Below, one piece after another: positions 51,893 through 64,000 of a stretch of 64,000 bases of DNA. The notes beneath the pieces were generated by a model. The model saw nothing but the letters and a program-made list of their open reading frames with translations, was not told where the DNA came from and did no database searches. Source of the stretch: Octopus vulgaris. Taxonomy: Eukaryota. The stretch covers positions 199,516,001 through 199,580,000 of the forward strand of contig OX597814.1 in NCBI GenBank assembly GCA_951406725.2, read 5' to 3'. Within the stretch, counting starts at the first letter, position 1. Every line of letters begins with the position of its first letter. The position numbers and the translations under genes are program-made.

Positions 51893-52098
51893 TTACTCTC
51901 TTTTACTTGTTTCAGTCATTTGACTGTGGCCATCCTGGAGCACCGCCTTTAATCGAGCAACTCGACCCCGGGACTTATTCTTTGTAAGCCCAGTACTTCT
52001 TCTATCGGTCTATTTTGCCGAACCGCTAAGTGACGGGGACATAAACACACCAGCATCGGTTGTCAAGCAATGCTAGGGGGACAAACACAGACACACAA

Positions 52099-52135
<37 letters not shown>

Positions 52136-52306
52136 CATATATACGACAGGCTTCTTTCAGTTTCCGTCTACCAAATCCACTCACAAGGCATTGGTCGGCC
52201 CGGGGCTATAGCAGAAGACACTTGCCCAAGATGCCACGCAGTGGGACTGAACCCGGAACCATGTGGTTGTTTAGCAAGCTACTTACCATACAGCCACTTC
52301 TGCACC
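51893..52306 (-). mobile_element. SINE family A
   Basis: Reverse complement of the family A consensus. Confidence 0.9.
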
Positions 52307-52499
52307 TATTGGCGATATTCCCTCCGGTTCTCTGCACTCTGAGCACAAACCCCACTGAAGTAAACATTACTTTTCCTCATTTCCGGTCGATAAATAAAAT
52401 ATTAATCAAGCACTAGAATTGATTCTTATTTTCTCTCCTCCTCTCTATCTCTATCTCTCTTTGTCCTCTTTCACATGCACACACTCCACACTTCCTGGT

Positions 52500-53255
52500 A
52501 GAAATCAACTGTGTTCAAAGCTGGAGAAGGACCATCTCTTTTGGGGCCAAGATGTTCAAGTCGACGCATTACGACTCTATCAAGAGGTGACGTCTGCTCC
52601 CTCTGAAGACCCGACAAATGAAGTGAGTTTATGGCTTGCAGGACGGCCTGCTGTGCTTGAGGAGACCTATTGTGTCAAGTACATCAACATCAAAATAAAA
52701 ATCGAATGGATATTGTAGTTGTGATACCTGTGCTGGTGGCATGTTGGGCCTCACAAAGGAAATGACGAAGACCGAGACCTCTGAGATATGCTGTGACTGT
52801 GAAGACCCGACAAATAAAGTGAGTTCATGGCTCGCAGGATGGCCTGCTGCGCTAACCTTGGATCGTAGAGTGACCCGCTGTTCTTGAGGAGACCTATTAA
52901 GTACGTCAACACCAAAATCAAATGTAGTTAAGATACCCGTGCCGGTCAGACGTAAAAAGCACCGTCCGAACGTGGCAGATGCCAGCGCCGCCTGACTGGC
53001 GTTCGTGTCGGTGACACGTAAAAGCACCAACCGATCATGGCCATTTGCCAGCCTCCCCTGTCCCCTGTGCCGGTAGCACGTAAAAAGCACTCACTACACT
53101 CACGGAGTGGTTGGCGTTAGGAAGGGCATCCAGCTGTAGAAACACTCCCAGATCAGACTGGAGCCTGGTGCAGCCTCCTGGCTTCTCAGACCCCGATCGG
53201 ACACTCCAACCCATGCTAGCATGGAAAACGTACGTTAAACGATGATGATGATGAT
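52500..53255 (+). mobile_element. GC-richer interspersed retroposon-like repeat with internal duplications and a (GAT)n tail
   Basis: GAAGACCCGACAAAT..GAGGAGACCTATT twice, GTAAAAAGCAC-like three times, GTTGGCGTTAGGAAGGGCATCCAGCTGTAG, ends TTAAAC(GAT)n. Confidence 0.65.
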
Positions 53256-53264
53256 ATATATACA

Positions 53265-53784
53265 CCACTTCTTAAATTGATAGGAGGCAATGCGAGCAGG
53301 AACTAAAGAAACATTACTAAGATCCACACATAAAGATCAAATATATTCATATATTCATTTATATCTACAGAACGGACATAAAATCTGACATATAAAAATA
53401 TAATAATATATATAAATAGATAAAAATCATAAATATATATATAAATATATAAGAATCAGTGTTACATACAAAACACAGTCATTTTAATATGCCCTTTTTA
53501 TGTTTTATTATCCCAAAATTTTAATTTACCAATGTTTTATAACTTTAAGCGTAAATTCACTTTGTTTTGTGTGTAACATTGATTCTTATATATTTATACA
53601 GTATATATTTATAATTTTTATCTATTTATATATATTATTATATTTTTATGTGTCGGATTTTATGTCCGTTCTGTAGATATAAATGAATATATGAATATAT
53701 GTATATATTTGATCTTTGTGTGTGGATTTTAGTAATGTTCCTTTAGTTCCTGCTCGCATTGCCTCCAATCAAATTAAAAAGTGG
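53265..53784. repeat. Long fold-back (arms 53265-53475 / 53563-53784)
   Basis: Arms of about 210-220 bp at high identity with an ~87-bp spacer. Confidence 0.9.
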
Positions 53785-53886
53785 GATATAGCTCATTTGG
53801 AGCACTACAACCCCGGTCTGTATTATATTTTGAGTATTGTTATTACTAGCGATCTCAAGATATAACTGTGTATTTTGTATTATATA

Positions 53887-54723
53887 CTAGCTGACGCACA
53901 CGGTAATTCCAGGGAAAGCGGGGATTATCCCTTGGTTCCGTTCTCATAATTGTTTCGCTAATCCAATAACAACAATGCAAAGTATGTAGCCCTTAAAACA
54001 GTTTTTGTGCATTTACAGAGAATACCGAACCGTCTTACATAGGATCTTGTCTTTAGGAATCCCCAATAAGTTACGAATACCCAAATTGTGAAGTTAGTTA
54101 TGAAATTATATGAAATTAGTTAGCCGATAGTAAGAATTCAAATAAAATAGCCCCGAAAAGGGCTTTAATGCGTTCCCAGAGTATTTAGAACAGAGGAGGA
54201 AATACTAATAAGGTACATGGTAGTAAAATCGTGAAGCATGTTACGTAATAACAAACTAATCGGATATGAGATAATAACAATTCAATGTAAATAGCTCTGA
54301 AAAAGGATTTTGTGCGTTCCCAGAGAATATTACCCTCAGGGTCGCTAGTGTTGATATATTCGTGAATAAGTCACTAACCGAAATAAGTGGATCTATTGTT
54401 TAGGAAAATACGATTTACTTGTTTAAGAGTTGTACTGGATAAATTGCGAAAATAACTCTAACAGTTCAAATACTGAGAAATAAGCATACTCAATTTGATT
54501 TATACCAATAATTTAGGGAAATGAATGGGTTATTCTCTTCGCTATATATAAGGATCCCTTCCAGGGGTCCAATTATCGATTTTTTTTTTTCCCCAAAGAT
54601 CTGAGTATGCCATGAGGTTTCCAAATACGAGTTCTATTCACGTGTCAAGTTTCATCAAAATCGATAAAACGATGTAGGAGGATTTAGCTAACACCTCCAC
54701 AAGCACACCCACAGACAGAATTT

Positions 54724-54750
<27 letters not shown>
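53887..54750 (-). mobile_element. Non-autonomous Helitron-like element
   Basis: A|CTAG end with a weak hairpin; internal direct repeat (AAATAGC..GCGTTCCCAGAG); AAGTTTCATCAAAATCG..ACAGACAG motif near the other end. Confidence 0.55.
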
Positions 54751-54757
<7 letters not shown>

Positions 54758-56482
54758 CATACACATACACACAAATATATGAATGGATATATCTAATATA
54801 TAATACACACATATACATGTGTGTAATTATGTTAAATGCAAATATATATGTATGTATATAAATGACATGTTTTAAGTGTGTGTGTGTGTAATTTACTGGT
54901 CGAAATTGTGCAAAATTTATAGCGTTGGAAATTTTTAGAAATCAATGTTTCTATTATCATTAAATAAAAGCAGCCTTTTCTCACAAGGCCAATATTAATT
55001 AAAACTGACATTGAGAAAACTATAAGTCAGCATTTAGGCCATAAGAATAGACAAATTTACAATATAACTGTGAAAATCATAGAAAAAAATCGAAGCTTCT
55101 AATACCTAATAACATAAAATCTGTGCAAGCTAAGAATCTTAGTTACACTTAGTTTAAATGTCAATCCCTGCAAATTGAAAATATTAACAGAATATTTCTG
55201 TCGGGCTGTACTGCTGGCCCACAATATGTGGCTTTTGCTAGAGAAAGCTCCACATGAAAATTATGTATTACATGAAAATTATTGGGAAATTGGAAGTCCA
55301 TAAGCAGCAAACATGAAAACTTGGTTTAGCAGAAAGCAATTGATATTAGAAAACACATTCGCGCAGAACGTAAAATCTGAGATTATGGCTCATTGCTTGC
55401 ATGAGAGGAAGTTGGTCCTTTATTATTATTTCAGACGGCCTTAAGGTACCTACTAGCATCATTCCATCTATTTCAATTACTTGTCGCTGCTAGATGCAGC
55501 AGCAGACCACTATAATCCATCCCATCTCATTTCATTCCTTTTCTTCCTTTTACCTTTGCCTTTGTAGCCAGCCTTCTTTTGTCCGCTTCCTTTCATTATT
55601 TTCTTTCCGTCTTTCTTTTCTTGAAAGATCTAAATATTCGTGAGTTATCCAATCACTAAAAATAATTTTTTATCACAGCGAAAACTATATAAATCTATTT
55701 TTATTTCCCAGTATACCTGACGGAAATTAATATAACTATTCACAAAAGGTGAATAGTTAACTGTGGATAGTTCTAAAGATGATAAGTGTGAAAAGTGCTG
55801 AAAGCAGAATCTAGCATAGGGTAATATATACTATGGATGAGGAGAAAAGGAGAAAGTGATGTGTCGAGAGTGAGGATAAAGATGGAATGCAATTTGCTGT
55901 GCACTTACATACAATAGATGCAAGTATAGCTGTATCGTTTCGCTAAGCCGTGGTTCTGGGTTCGATTAAACTACACAGAACCTTAGGCAACTATCTTCTA
56001 CTGTATCCTAGGGTTGACCATCTTCTTCAGAGTGCAATATGGTAGACAGTAACTGTGTGTGCGTTCCGATGTACTGGTGAAAACCTCTATCGACTTGTGT
56101 TCCAGTACGTCCAAATCGTAAATATCCTTGAAGGTATTTCCGTAGCATGGTCGCACCAATGACTGAAACTAGTAAAAGACTAGAAGATAAGTTATATCTG
56201 ATGAACAACATGCATTCTTTTGGGGAGTAACAATTCTTCTGTTGCAAAGCATAGCAAGTGTATAGAGTGGTTGTTCCTTCTCATGTGGTAATTTAATCGA
56301 TACAGGAAATTCCTATTGATTAATAAATGTTTCATAAAATTTCATCGGATTTATTCATACTTATAATATTCGAAATAATTGTGAATATCATTATGTATGT
56401 ATGTATGTATGTATGTATGTATGTATGCATGCATGCATGCATGTATGTATGTATGTATACATGCATGCATGCATGCATAATA

Positions 56483-56639
56483 CAGGAGTGGTTGTGTAGT
56501 AAGAAATTTGCTTTACAACCATATGGTTACGGGTTCAGTTCCACTGCGTGGCACCTTGGGCAAGTGTCTTCTACTAGAGCCTCAGGCCGGCCAAAGCCTT
56601 GTGAGTAGATTTGGTAGACGGAAACTCAGAAGCCCATCG

Positions 56640-56675
<36 letters not shown>

Positions 56676-56889
56676 GTGTATGTGTGTGTATGCTTGTCTG
56701 TGTTTGCCCCCACCCCGCACCCCAACATCGCTTGACAACCGATGCTGGTATGTTTACATTCCCATAACTTAACGGTTCGACAAAAGATACCGATAGAATA
56801 AATACTAGGCTTACAAAGAGTAAGTCGATTTGTTCTAAAGCCGGTGCTCCAGATGGCCGCAGTCAAATGACTGAAACCAGTAGAAGAAT
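56483..56889 (+). mobile_element. SINE family A
   Basis: Colinear with family A. Confidence 0.85.
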
Positions 56890-57605
56890 ATATGTAGGTG
56901 TGTGTGTGTGTGTGTGTGTATTACATCGTTAAAAAATACATTTCTCTCGTATTAGATGTGACATCCATCAAAGTCACATTTCAAATGTTATGGCAGTATA
57001 TTCATTGACGTATCACTCAGCATGAGATACTTTTTAAGGCTGATATAAATTGGAACAAACGCTTTGTGATAAGATATAACATATTCCATATCATTTATAA
57101 CTGAAAGCAATAAATGCATTCCTGAAGGAATTTGAATGATCTTTTAAATGGCTGTTAGTGAACTTGTATATTGTATATTACTGTGCACTTCCATTCAGAC
57201 TGTAATCAACAATAGTGTGTGACGGACGTAGATTGATAGCTCGCAATAATAATTATCAGAAGATAGTTACATATATCAAAAGATAGTTATATTTCAAAAG
57301 GGAGCATTGACAGAAAATTTGCAGAGAATTCTATTTGATGTGAAGTTAATAAGCAATAAATTTAGCTATCGAAAATGTCTGTCTTTTTGTGCCAGTAATT
57401 AAACACAAATTATTTCGACGTCACTGAATTGAATCATTGACGATTTTACGATTCCTCTATTCATCTCAGTTCAGCAAAATCGGTACAATTACTGCCTTCG
57501 ATTAAATCCATTATGCGCCTCTTTTGCACATTCTTTGTGCCTACGTAAGAAAATATTTTGTTAAATTTGTTATGAAAGCAGAAAAGTGGGTGAGATTCTA
57601 TGTGT

Positions 57606-58016
57606 GTGTGCCTGGCTGCTTCGTAAGAAGTTTTCTTTCCTGCCAAATGGTTCTGGGTTCATTCCTACTACATAGCATTTTAGGCAAGTCTCTTCTACTG
57701 TAGACTCGGGTTGACCAATGACTTGTGAGCGAATTTCGTGGGCAGAAACTGAAAGAAGCCCGTCGTAATTATATATGAGTGTGTGTATGTGTTTTTGTGT
57801 GTTTGTATGTGGGTGTGTGTATGTTTGTTCCCCACCACTAATTGACGACTGGTGTTCATGTGTTTACGTCCCTGTAAATTAGTGATTCAGCAAAAGAGAC
57901 CGATAGGACAAGTACTTGGTTTAAGAAAATAAGTACTGGGTCGATTCATTCTACAAAAACTTATTCTAGGCGATGCTACAGCATGGTCACAGTCCAATGA
58001 CTCAAACAAACAAAAG
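57606..58016 (+). mobile_element. SINE family A, diverged
   Basis: GAAACTGAAAGAAGCCCGTCGT, TGTGTTTACGTCCC and CAAAAGAGACCGATAG. Confidence 0.8.
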
Positions 58017-58157
58017 ATATATATATATATATCTCATGCACCAAATGGCAATTGCTAACAAGCATTCGTGAGGTAAAATCATGTAGCAACATCGAATGGC
58101 GGTGCCCCAGCATGGCCACAGCTCGTGAGCTGAAACTAAATAAAATATAAAAAATAT

Positions 58158-58189
<32 letters not shown>

Positions 58190-58608
58190 CCAATATCGCT
58201 AAAGATATATATATATATATATATATCATTAGCGATATTGGTACTCATGTAGTACCCTTGTGTATATATGTACATATCTAATATTGTATGTATATATTTT
58301 ATTAATTTGCCTGTACGGCTGATAATTCGCTTACTACTTGAGATGGTATTTTAATAATACCATCCCTATATTTATATATATATGCCGGGAAAAATGCCGC
58401 TAAGCAGCTTATTCGACGCGCTAACGGTTCTGTCAGCACTCTGCCTTAATAGATTAGTATGGACAAAAAGACAGCAAATTGCAGGGGATGGGAGTAACTC
58501 GATTACATCGACCATTGCCAATCGAGTAATAATCTATTTTGTCGACCTCGGCAGAATTTGAACTCAGAACGAAGAAATTTCGCTAATCATTTTCTCCGAC
58601 GCAGTAAT

Positions 58609-58644
<36 letters not shown>

Positions 58645-60192
58645 GACTCTGACTAATAACACACCTGTTCTGTAAGGTAGTGAGAGGCTCTGTTCATATT
58701 TTTTCCAATGTCATTGCTAGCTTAAGTAAAAGCCGTTTAGGCATAAAACGAAAAATATATTCTCGTTACGTTATCCACAAGGATTGCATGGATATACGGC
58801 ATTCGCAACGAGAAATATGCCATCATTAACGAACTATTACATTTGGTGGTGGAGTTAGAAAAGAAAACCCGAGTACAAATCCATCCTCCGTCAACTTTGC
58901 AGAAGGTTTCTGTCTTTATTTGTGGTAAATATACTTTTGTGAGCACTTTTAGAAAATGCATTTTAAATACAATCATTGATTTATTTATTTTCATATCTCG
59001 TCTTGACAATTCACTTGGCTTCCAGTTAACAATAAAATAACTTACCGCTAGCACCATTGACACGTCCATATATAATAGCCTTATGTTGGGTCTTAACTCC
59101 GTTTTAAATATTAATCTTATACGGCTGTTCTGTTTTTATATATATACAGTTTATCTGTATATATTTATATAGTTTTTTGTCTTTTTCTTTGTGTGCAAAG
59201 AAGAAATCGTTTGGCGTTGATACGAGCCATGCTTGGAAATATCTTTTTGCTTTTACATCGGATCCCCAAATACCATGGACGTTTATAATACATCAATTAT
59301 TCGTGGTAATGATCAATTTTATAGGGAATTGCTTTCGCAGTCATCCTTCAACAGCTTTCATTCTCTACAATTTGGTTTATCGTTGTTTTTTTAGTCTTTG
59401 CTATAGAATGGTTTTCAGAGCAGTCAAATGGCGTTCTATCAGGCTAAATACCTCCGAGGTTTTCTCTCCAGTTAAACGTCCCCAGTATTTTCTTTAAATA
59501 TCCCGGGATTCTTTATTATTATTATTATTATTAGTTAATTTCCTCCTTTGGCCATTTTTTGCAGTAGCTTGCTGAGTCAGTCACATCCTGTGACTTAGGG
59601 TAGGAGAAACGAAGTGATTAAATTACATTTAACAATCTGTATATAAGCTACCATTTTCATTGTATACTCAACATCACTAGACAGCATAAAAAAACACTAT
59701 TCTTTTAAGAAAAGGCTTGAACGGCAACCACGTCAGTGTCCGAGTTCGTTTTCACCGACGTAAAACCGACTCGACTTGTATTATGTGAAAATCTTTGATT
59801 TAACCTTTCGATAAAAATAGATCAATAAAATAGCACCAGGCTAAAATAGGTACTGGAATCAATGTGAACGAATAAAACCCTGGAAGGCTTGGTATGTTCG
59901 TGTAATGTCAAATAATGGGTTTTAGAGTATATGTGAATTAAGTGTAAATACAAAAGTAGCGCAAACACAGAGAAGAAAGTGCTATCAAATATTGATTTAT
60001 ATGTACGGTTATTATTTTAATTAGGGAAACAAACAATTAAGGTACGTCAAATTAATTTACAGGTTCTCCAGAATTCAAAGTTAAATTGGGAGGGCTTCTC
60101 GTAGCGAGTGCACAGGACAAGATGGTACCTTTTTTAAATTTCTTGAAAAGATGTTTCTTTCGAGATGTTGCTTATATATTTCTCACATCTCC

Positions 60193-60406
60193 TTACTCTC
60201 TTTTACTCTTTTACTTGTTTCAGTCATTTGACTGCGGCCATGCTGGAGCACCGCCTTTAGTCGAGCAAATCGACCCCGGGACTTATTCTATGTAAGCCCA
60301 GTACTTATTCTATCGGTCTCTTTTGCCGAACCGCTAAGTGACGGGGACGTAAACACACCAGCATCGATTGTCAAGCAATGCTAGGGGGACAAACACAGAT
60401 ACTCTA

Positions 60407-60471
<65 letters not shown>

Positions 60472-60636
60472 TAAGACAGGTTCCTTTCAGTTTCCGTCTA
60501 CCAAATCCACTCACAAGGCATTGGTCGGCCCGGGGCTATAGCAGAAGACACTTGCCCAAGATGCCACGCAGTGGGACTGAACCCGGAACCATGTGGCTGG
60601 TTAGCAAGCTACTTACCACACAGCCACTCCTGCGCC
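60193..60636 (-). mobile_element. SINE family A
   Basis: Reverse complement of the family A consensus. Confidence 0.9.
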
Positions 60637-60769
60637 TATATCATCCTTGTTTTAATTTTTATTATGCCTAACACCCCTACAATAACTAGAAATGGTTTCA
60701 TTTTATGGCACCACATTTTTCTCATCTCTATCTCTAATCTGTGTATTAACTTAATGATTTTCAAATACT

Positions 60770-61800
60770 TATGTAAATGTAATTTTATCTGATTGTATAA
60801 TTCCACATAAATTAATTTGTACCTCTTATCTTTGTTGTTCACCATCATGATGATATCTGGTCTAGTCCTTTGATTTTTCCCGGTCTGTGTTGACCTAAGA
60901 ACTATTACATTATCTCATTCCAAGACTGGTTCTGTGTAATGTTGATAGTAACTGTTTTTATTTAGTAATGAATAAATATTCTTTAGTGTAAGTTGGTCTA
61001 CTCTATCATGGGGATTCTTATATTCATTTGGAGTCAGCACCAAGTAACCTGAGATGAGGTAATCCTTACATTTTGAATCTGCTCCATTTTTTGATATATG
61101 GACTTGGTAGGTTCTGGTAGACAAGTTTGGTCTTGTGCTGCCAATATGAATACTTTTTTTTGGTTTCAATCCTAAACTCCTCGACCATCACTGATGGCTG
61201 GTTTTCTGGTCTACACCAGCCTCTTTGCTTCGGTGTTCAGGTTTCTGCTTCCATCGATCTTCTGTTTTTGACCTTGCTTTTTTTTACAGCTACTTGATAT
61301 TTTTAGCTTGCTTGCTAGTTGTTTTACTTGATCATTCTCTGTCAGATTTTCATTGTGGTGAATTCTCTACTTACCTTTACAGCTGAGTGAAGCTATTTTA
61401 TTAATTTTGTGTTGTAGAACTTGTTGCATCAGCTAATCATCTGTGGTTTCTAGGTATCTAAATATTCCTATTGTTGTGGTTTTATATGACTGTTCCGGTT
61501 GTATCATTACTCTCTTCTCCTTGATTCTCTGCAGATACAATCAGAATTTGCCTTGAGGCGGTGCATTTTGTTGTACATCAGTATCTTAGAGATTCTTTTA
61601 TCCATTTTATTTCATTACATTCTAACTGATGATACTGAATTTATAAGTTACAGCTGGAATTGCCGGGGTGTTTAGGGCCGTTAGTTGAATTTTTTTAAAT
61701 TTTGCGCTCAATCTTTATAAAGGCTTTTATACTCTTGATGCACTCTTTTTACATATATCCTTTCATGTTTCATTCCATCTCTTTCATTAATCCTTATATA
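60770..61800 (-). pseudogene. Heavily decayed R4/Dong-like retrotransposon fragment
   Basis: ALNTPAIPAVTYKFSII, LSTRTYQ..LISGYLVLTPNEYKNPHDRV, EPVLE and RPDIIMVNNKDKRYKLI. Confidence 0.7.
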
Positions 61801-62027
61801 CTTATACGTTCCTTCTTACTTTTATTCTTTGATCTCTGAGTCTGTATCAAACTTAATTAATTCACTTCTAGTTATCTTCTTTTAACTGTAGCTTTTGCAC
61901 ATTTATCTCTCTTTCAACTCCATACTTGCGCTGTCAGTGAAATCTTGGCTCGGTGTGCGCAATTGAAACATTAAATCAAATCGCCATCTGTACGTTACAT
62001 TTGACATGTATACACCGTTGGAAGACA

Positions 62028-62141
62028 TGGTGCTGTGGAATTGTTGGAGATAAAATCTCTTCATAGACTTGTTGCTTATATCGTATTTTTTACGCAACAA
62101 ATCTGTGAAGAGACTTTATTTCAGACAATTCCACGGCATCA
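62028..62141. repeat. Imperfect hairpin (48-bp arms, 18-bp spacer)
   Basis: TGCTGTGGAATTGT..TCTCTTCATAGACTTGTTGC pairs with GCAACAAATCTGTGAAGAGA..ACAATTCCACGGCA. Confidence 0.75.
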
Positions 62142-62907
62142 GGCCTGCAAACAGTGATTTTAAGGTTCATTATCCTTACGGTGGTCTTTATAATCGCCTA
62201 TATTGCATAATTGATGAGTTTCCTATCCTTGACTTTATTCCTATTGGTTATTCTATTTTATTCTAGTGTAAAGAAATTGAGTTACAGAAGAGAAGTGGAG
62301 AAAGAGAATCGAGAATCTCTTTCAAAAATATGGTTATTAGTGTTTATATTGCCAGGTATCATCCTCGTATCTTAGTTAGAATTGAATTATTAACAGTGAC
62401 AACCAGAAACACCACTCCATCTTCGTGTCAAATAGAGATTGGTTTCGAGGAACGATCAACACCTGCTTTGGGACATTTCCAAGCAATCGGAGGAAATGCG
62501 AAAGGTAAAAAAAAAAAAGTCACCCTCCAAAAAAAAAAAAAAAAGTAAGGTAAACAGGATTGGAAACTAAGGACTCCAAGAAGGAACTATCTCTTCAGAA
62601 CAACTATAATGCTCTTCCTTAATGAAGAGGACAATGGCGAGAACGACGAACTGAGATTCGTCGTCTTCTTCCTGTGTTGACGAGAACCCAAAATGTTTCA
62701 TGTTTAGTTCCCTTAATTTATATCTTGCTTTATTTCCTGTGTTTGTTCTATACTCTCTATTTATTTATTTTTTTTACAGTTTCTTATTTCAATTGGTCAC
62801 CATGTCAACTATATAACATCTTAGTATTATCTTTTACATTCCACACATCTTTGTAAACCATCCGCCACCTAAAAATGCGTGGCTTTTTCTGAAAATTAGA
62901 AATAATA

Positions 62908-63145
62908 GGCGCAGAGGAGTGGCTGTGTGGTAAAAAGCTTGCTTACCAGCCACATAGTTCCGGGTTCAGTCCCACTGTGTGGCACCTTGGGCAAGTGTCT
63001 CCTACTATAGCCTCGAGCCGACCAAAGCCTTGAGAGTGGATTTGGTAGACAGAAACTGAAAGAAGCCCGTCGTGTATATGTATATATATGTATGTGTCTG
63101 TATGTTTGTGTGTCTTTGTAAGCCTAGTACTTACTCTATCGGTCT

Positions 63146-63195
<50 letters not shown>

Positions 63196-63517
63196 TTTGC
63201 GTGTCTGTGTTTGTCCCCATCATCGCTTGACAACAGATGCTGGTGTGTTTACGTCCCCGTAACTTAGCGGTTCGGCAAAAGAGACCGATAGAATAAGTAC
63301 TAGGCTTACAAAGACACACAAACACACAGACACATACATATATATACATATACACGACGGGCTTCTTTCAGTTTCCGTATACCAAATCCACTCTCAAGGC
63401 TTTGGTCGGCCCGAGGCTATAGTAGGAGACACTTGCCCAAGGTGCCACGCAGTGGAACTGAACCCGGAACCATGTGGTTGGTAAGCAAGCTACTTACCAC
63501 ACAGCCACTCCTGCACC
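62908..63517. mobile_element. Fold-back built from SINE family A (arms 62908-63151 / 63276-63517)
   Basis: Both arms share private variants and the same rearranged junction. Confidence 0.9.
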
Positions 63518-63684
63518 TCTGTGAACTTTCTATAATTATTTATCTCCGACTTTGCAGCAATTTTATATCCAGATAATCATAATAGTAAAAAAAAATGTTT
63601 CTGTCCACATAAGCCCGTCTCTAAATGCAAAAGACTAAGTTGCCTATTTCTGTCCCTTGCAGCATTTTTGTTTTTATATTAATA

Positions 63685-64000
63685 CTAGCAGTATCGCCCG
63701 GCGTTGCTCGGGTTTGTAAGGGAAATAACTATATAAGCATTTTTAGAGAGTTACTTCCCTTATAAATTCGGGCTTTCTTAGCCATTTTTGTTTTGGTGTC
63801 TTCAAGCCATGAAGTCGTTGTTCTAAAAGAACGCTGGTTTCCTTCACAACGCATTACGACGTTGATTTCTTTACACTCCCTTCCCCACAGCTTCACGAGG
63901 GAGGGAAGGGGGAGAAGCAAACAGGTGCAGGTGTTTGAGCGTGGACGCCAACTCCGCCGCCATCGACACACGAAAAATTATGCATTAAAATGGAATAAAA
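63685..64000 (-). mobile_element. 3' end of a Helitron-like element running off the window
   Basis: A|CTAG-CAGTATCG-CCCGGC-GTT-GCTCGGG terminal hairpin. Confidence 0.65.

Noticed and set aside
62600-62680. Nested small hairpins (CTCTTC/GAAGAG, ACGACGAA/TTCGTCGT)
   Set aside because: No complete ribozyme core or other recognisable RNA motif could be built.

Overview
AT-rich, microsatellite-dense eukaryotic DNA that appears intronic or intergenic; I could not support any host protein-coding gene. The repeat repertoire resembles an octopus/cephalopod genome (recognition only, not verified). The only long real ORF (27552-28934, +) is a 5'-truncated but uninterrupted Penelope-like retroelement (RT, Cys-rich linker, GIY-YIG). 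The rest is decayed transposons and SINEs: a second Penelope GIY-YIG fragment, three R4/Dong-like and two RTE LINE fragments, a DD37D (maT) element, an internally deleted Tc1 element, a hAT MITE, non-autonomous Helitron-like elements and about 20 tRNA-derived SINEs from several families. The most notable unexplained structure is about ten minimal type-I hammerhead ribozyme (HHR) or HHR-like motifs from at least six unrelated short elements. One lies in the 3' pseudo-LTR of the Penelope element, five cluster at 39.1-43.4 kb, several carry non-canonical cores (U3-A8 covariation, U4C, A6U, an extra nt after A9, U10.1-U11.1), and many sit in fold-back palindromes or (TA)n tracts. The window also has many long inverted repeats. 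All folds and alignments were done by eye and coordinates may be off by a few bases.
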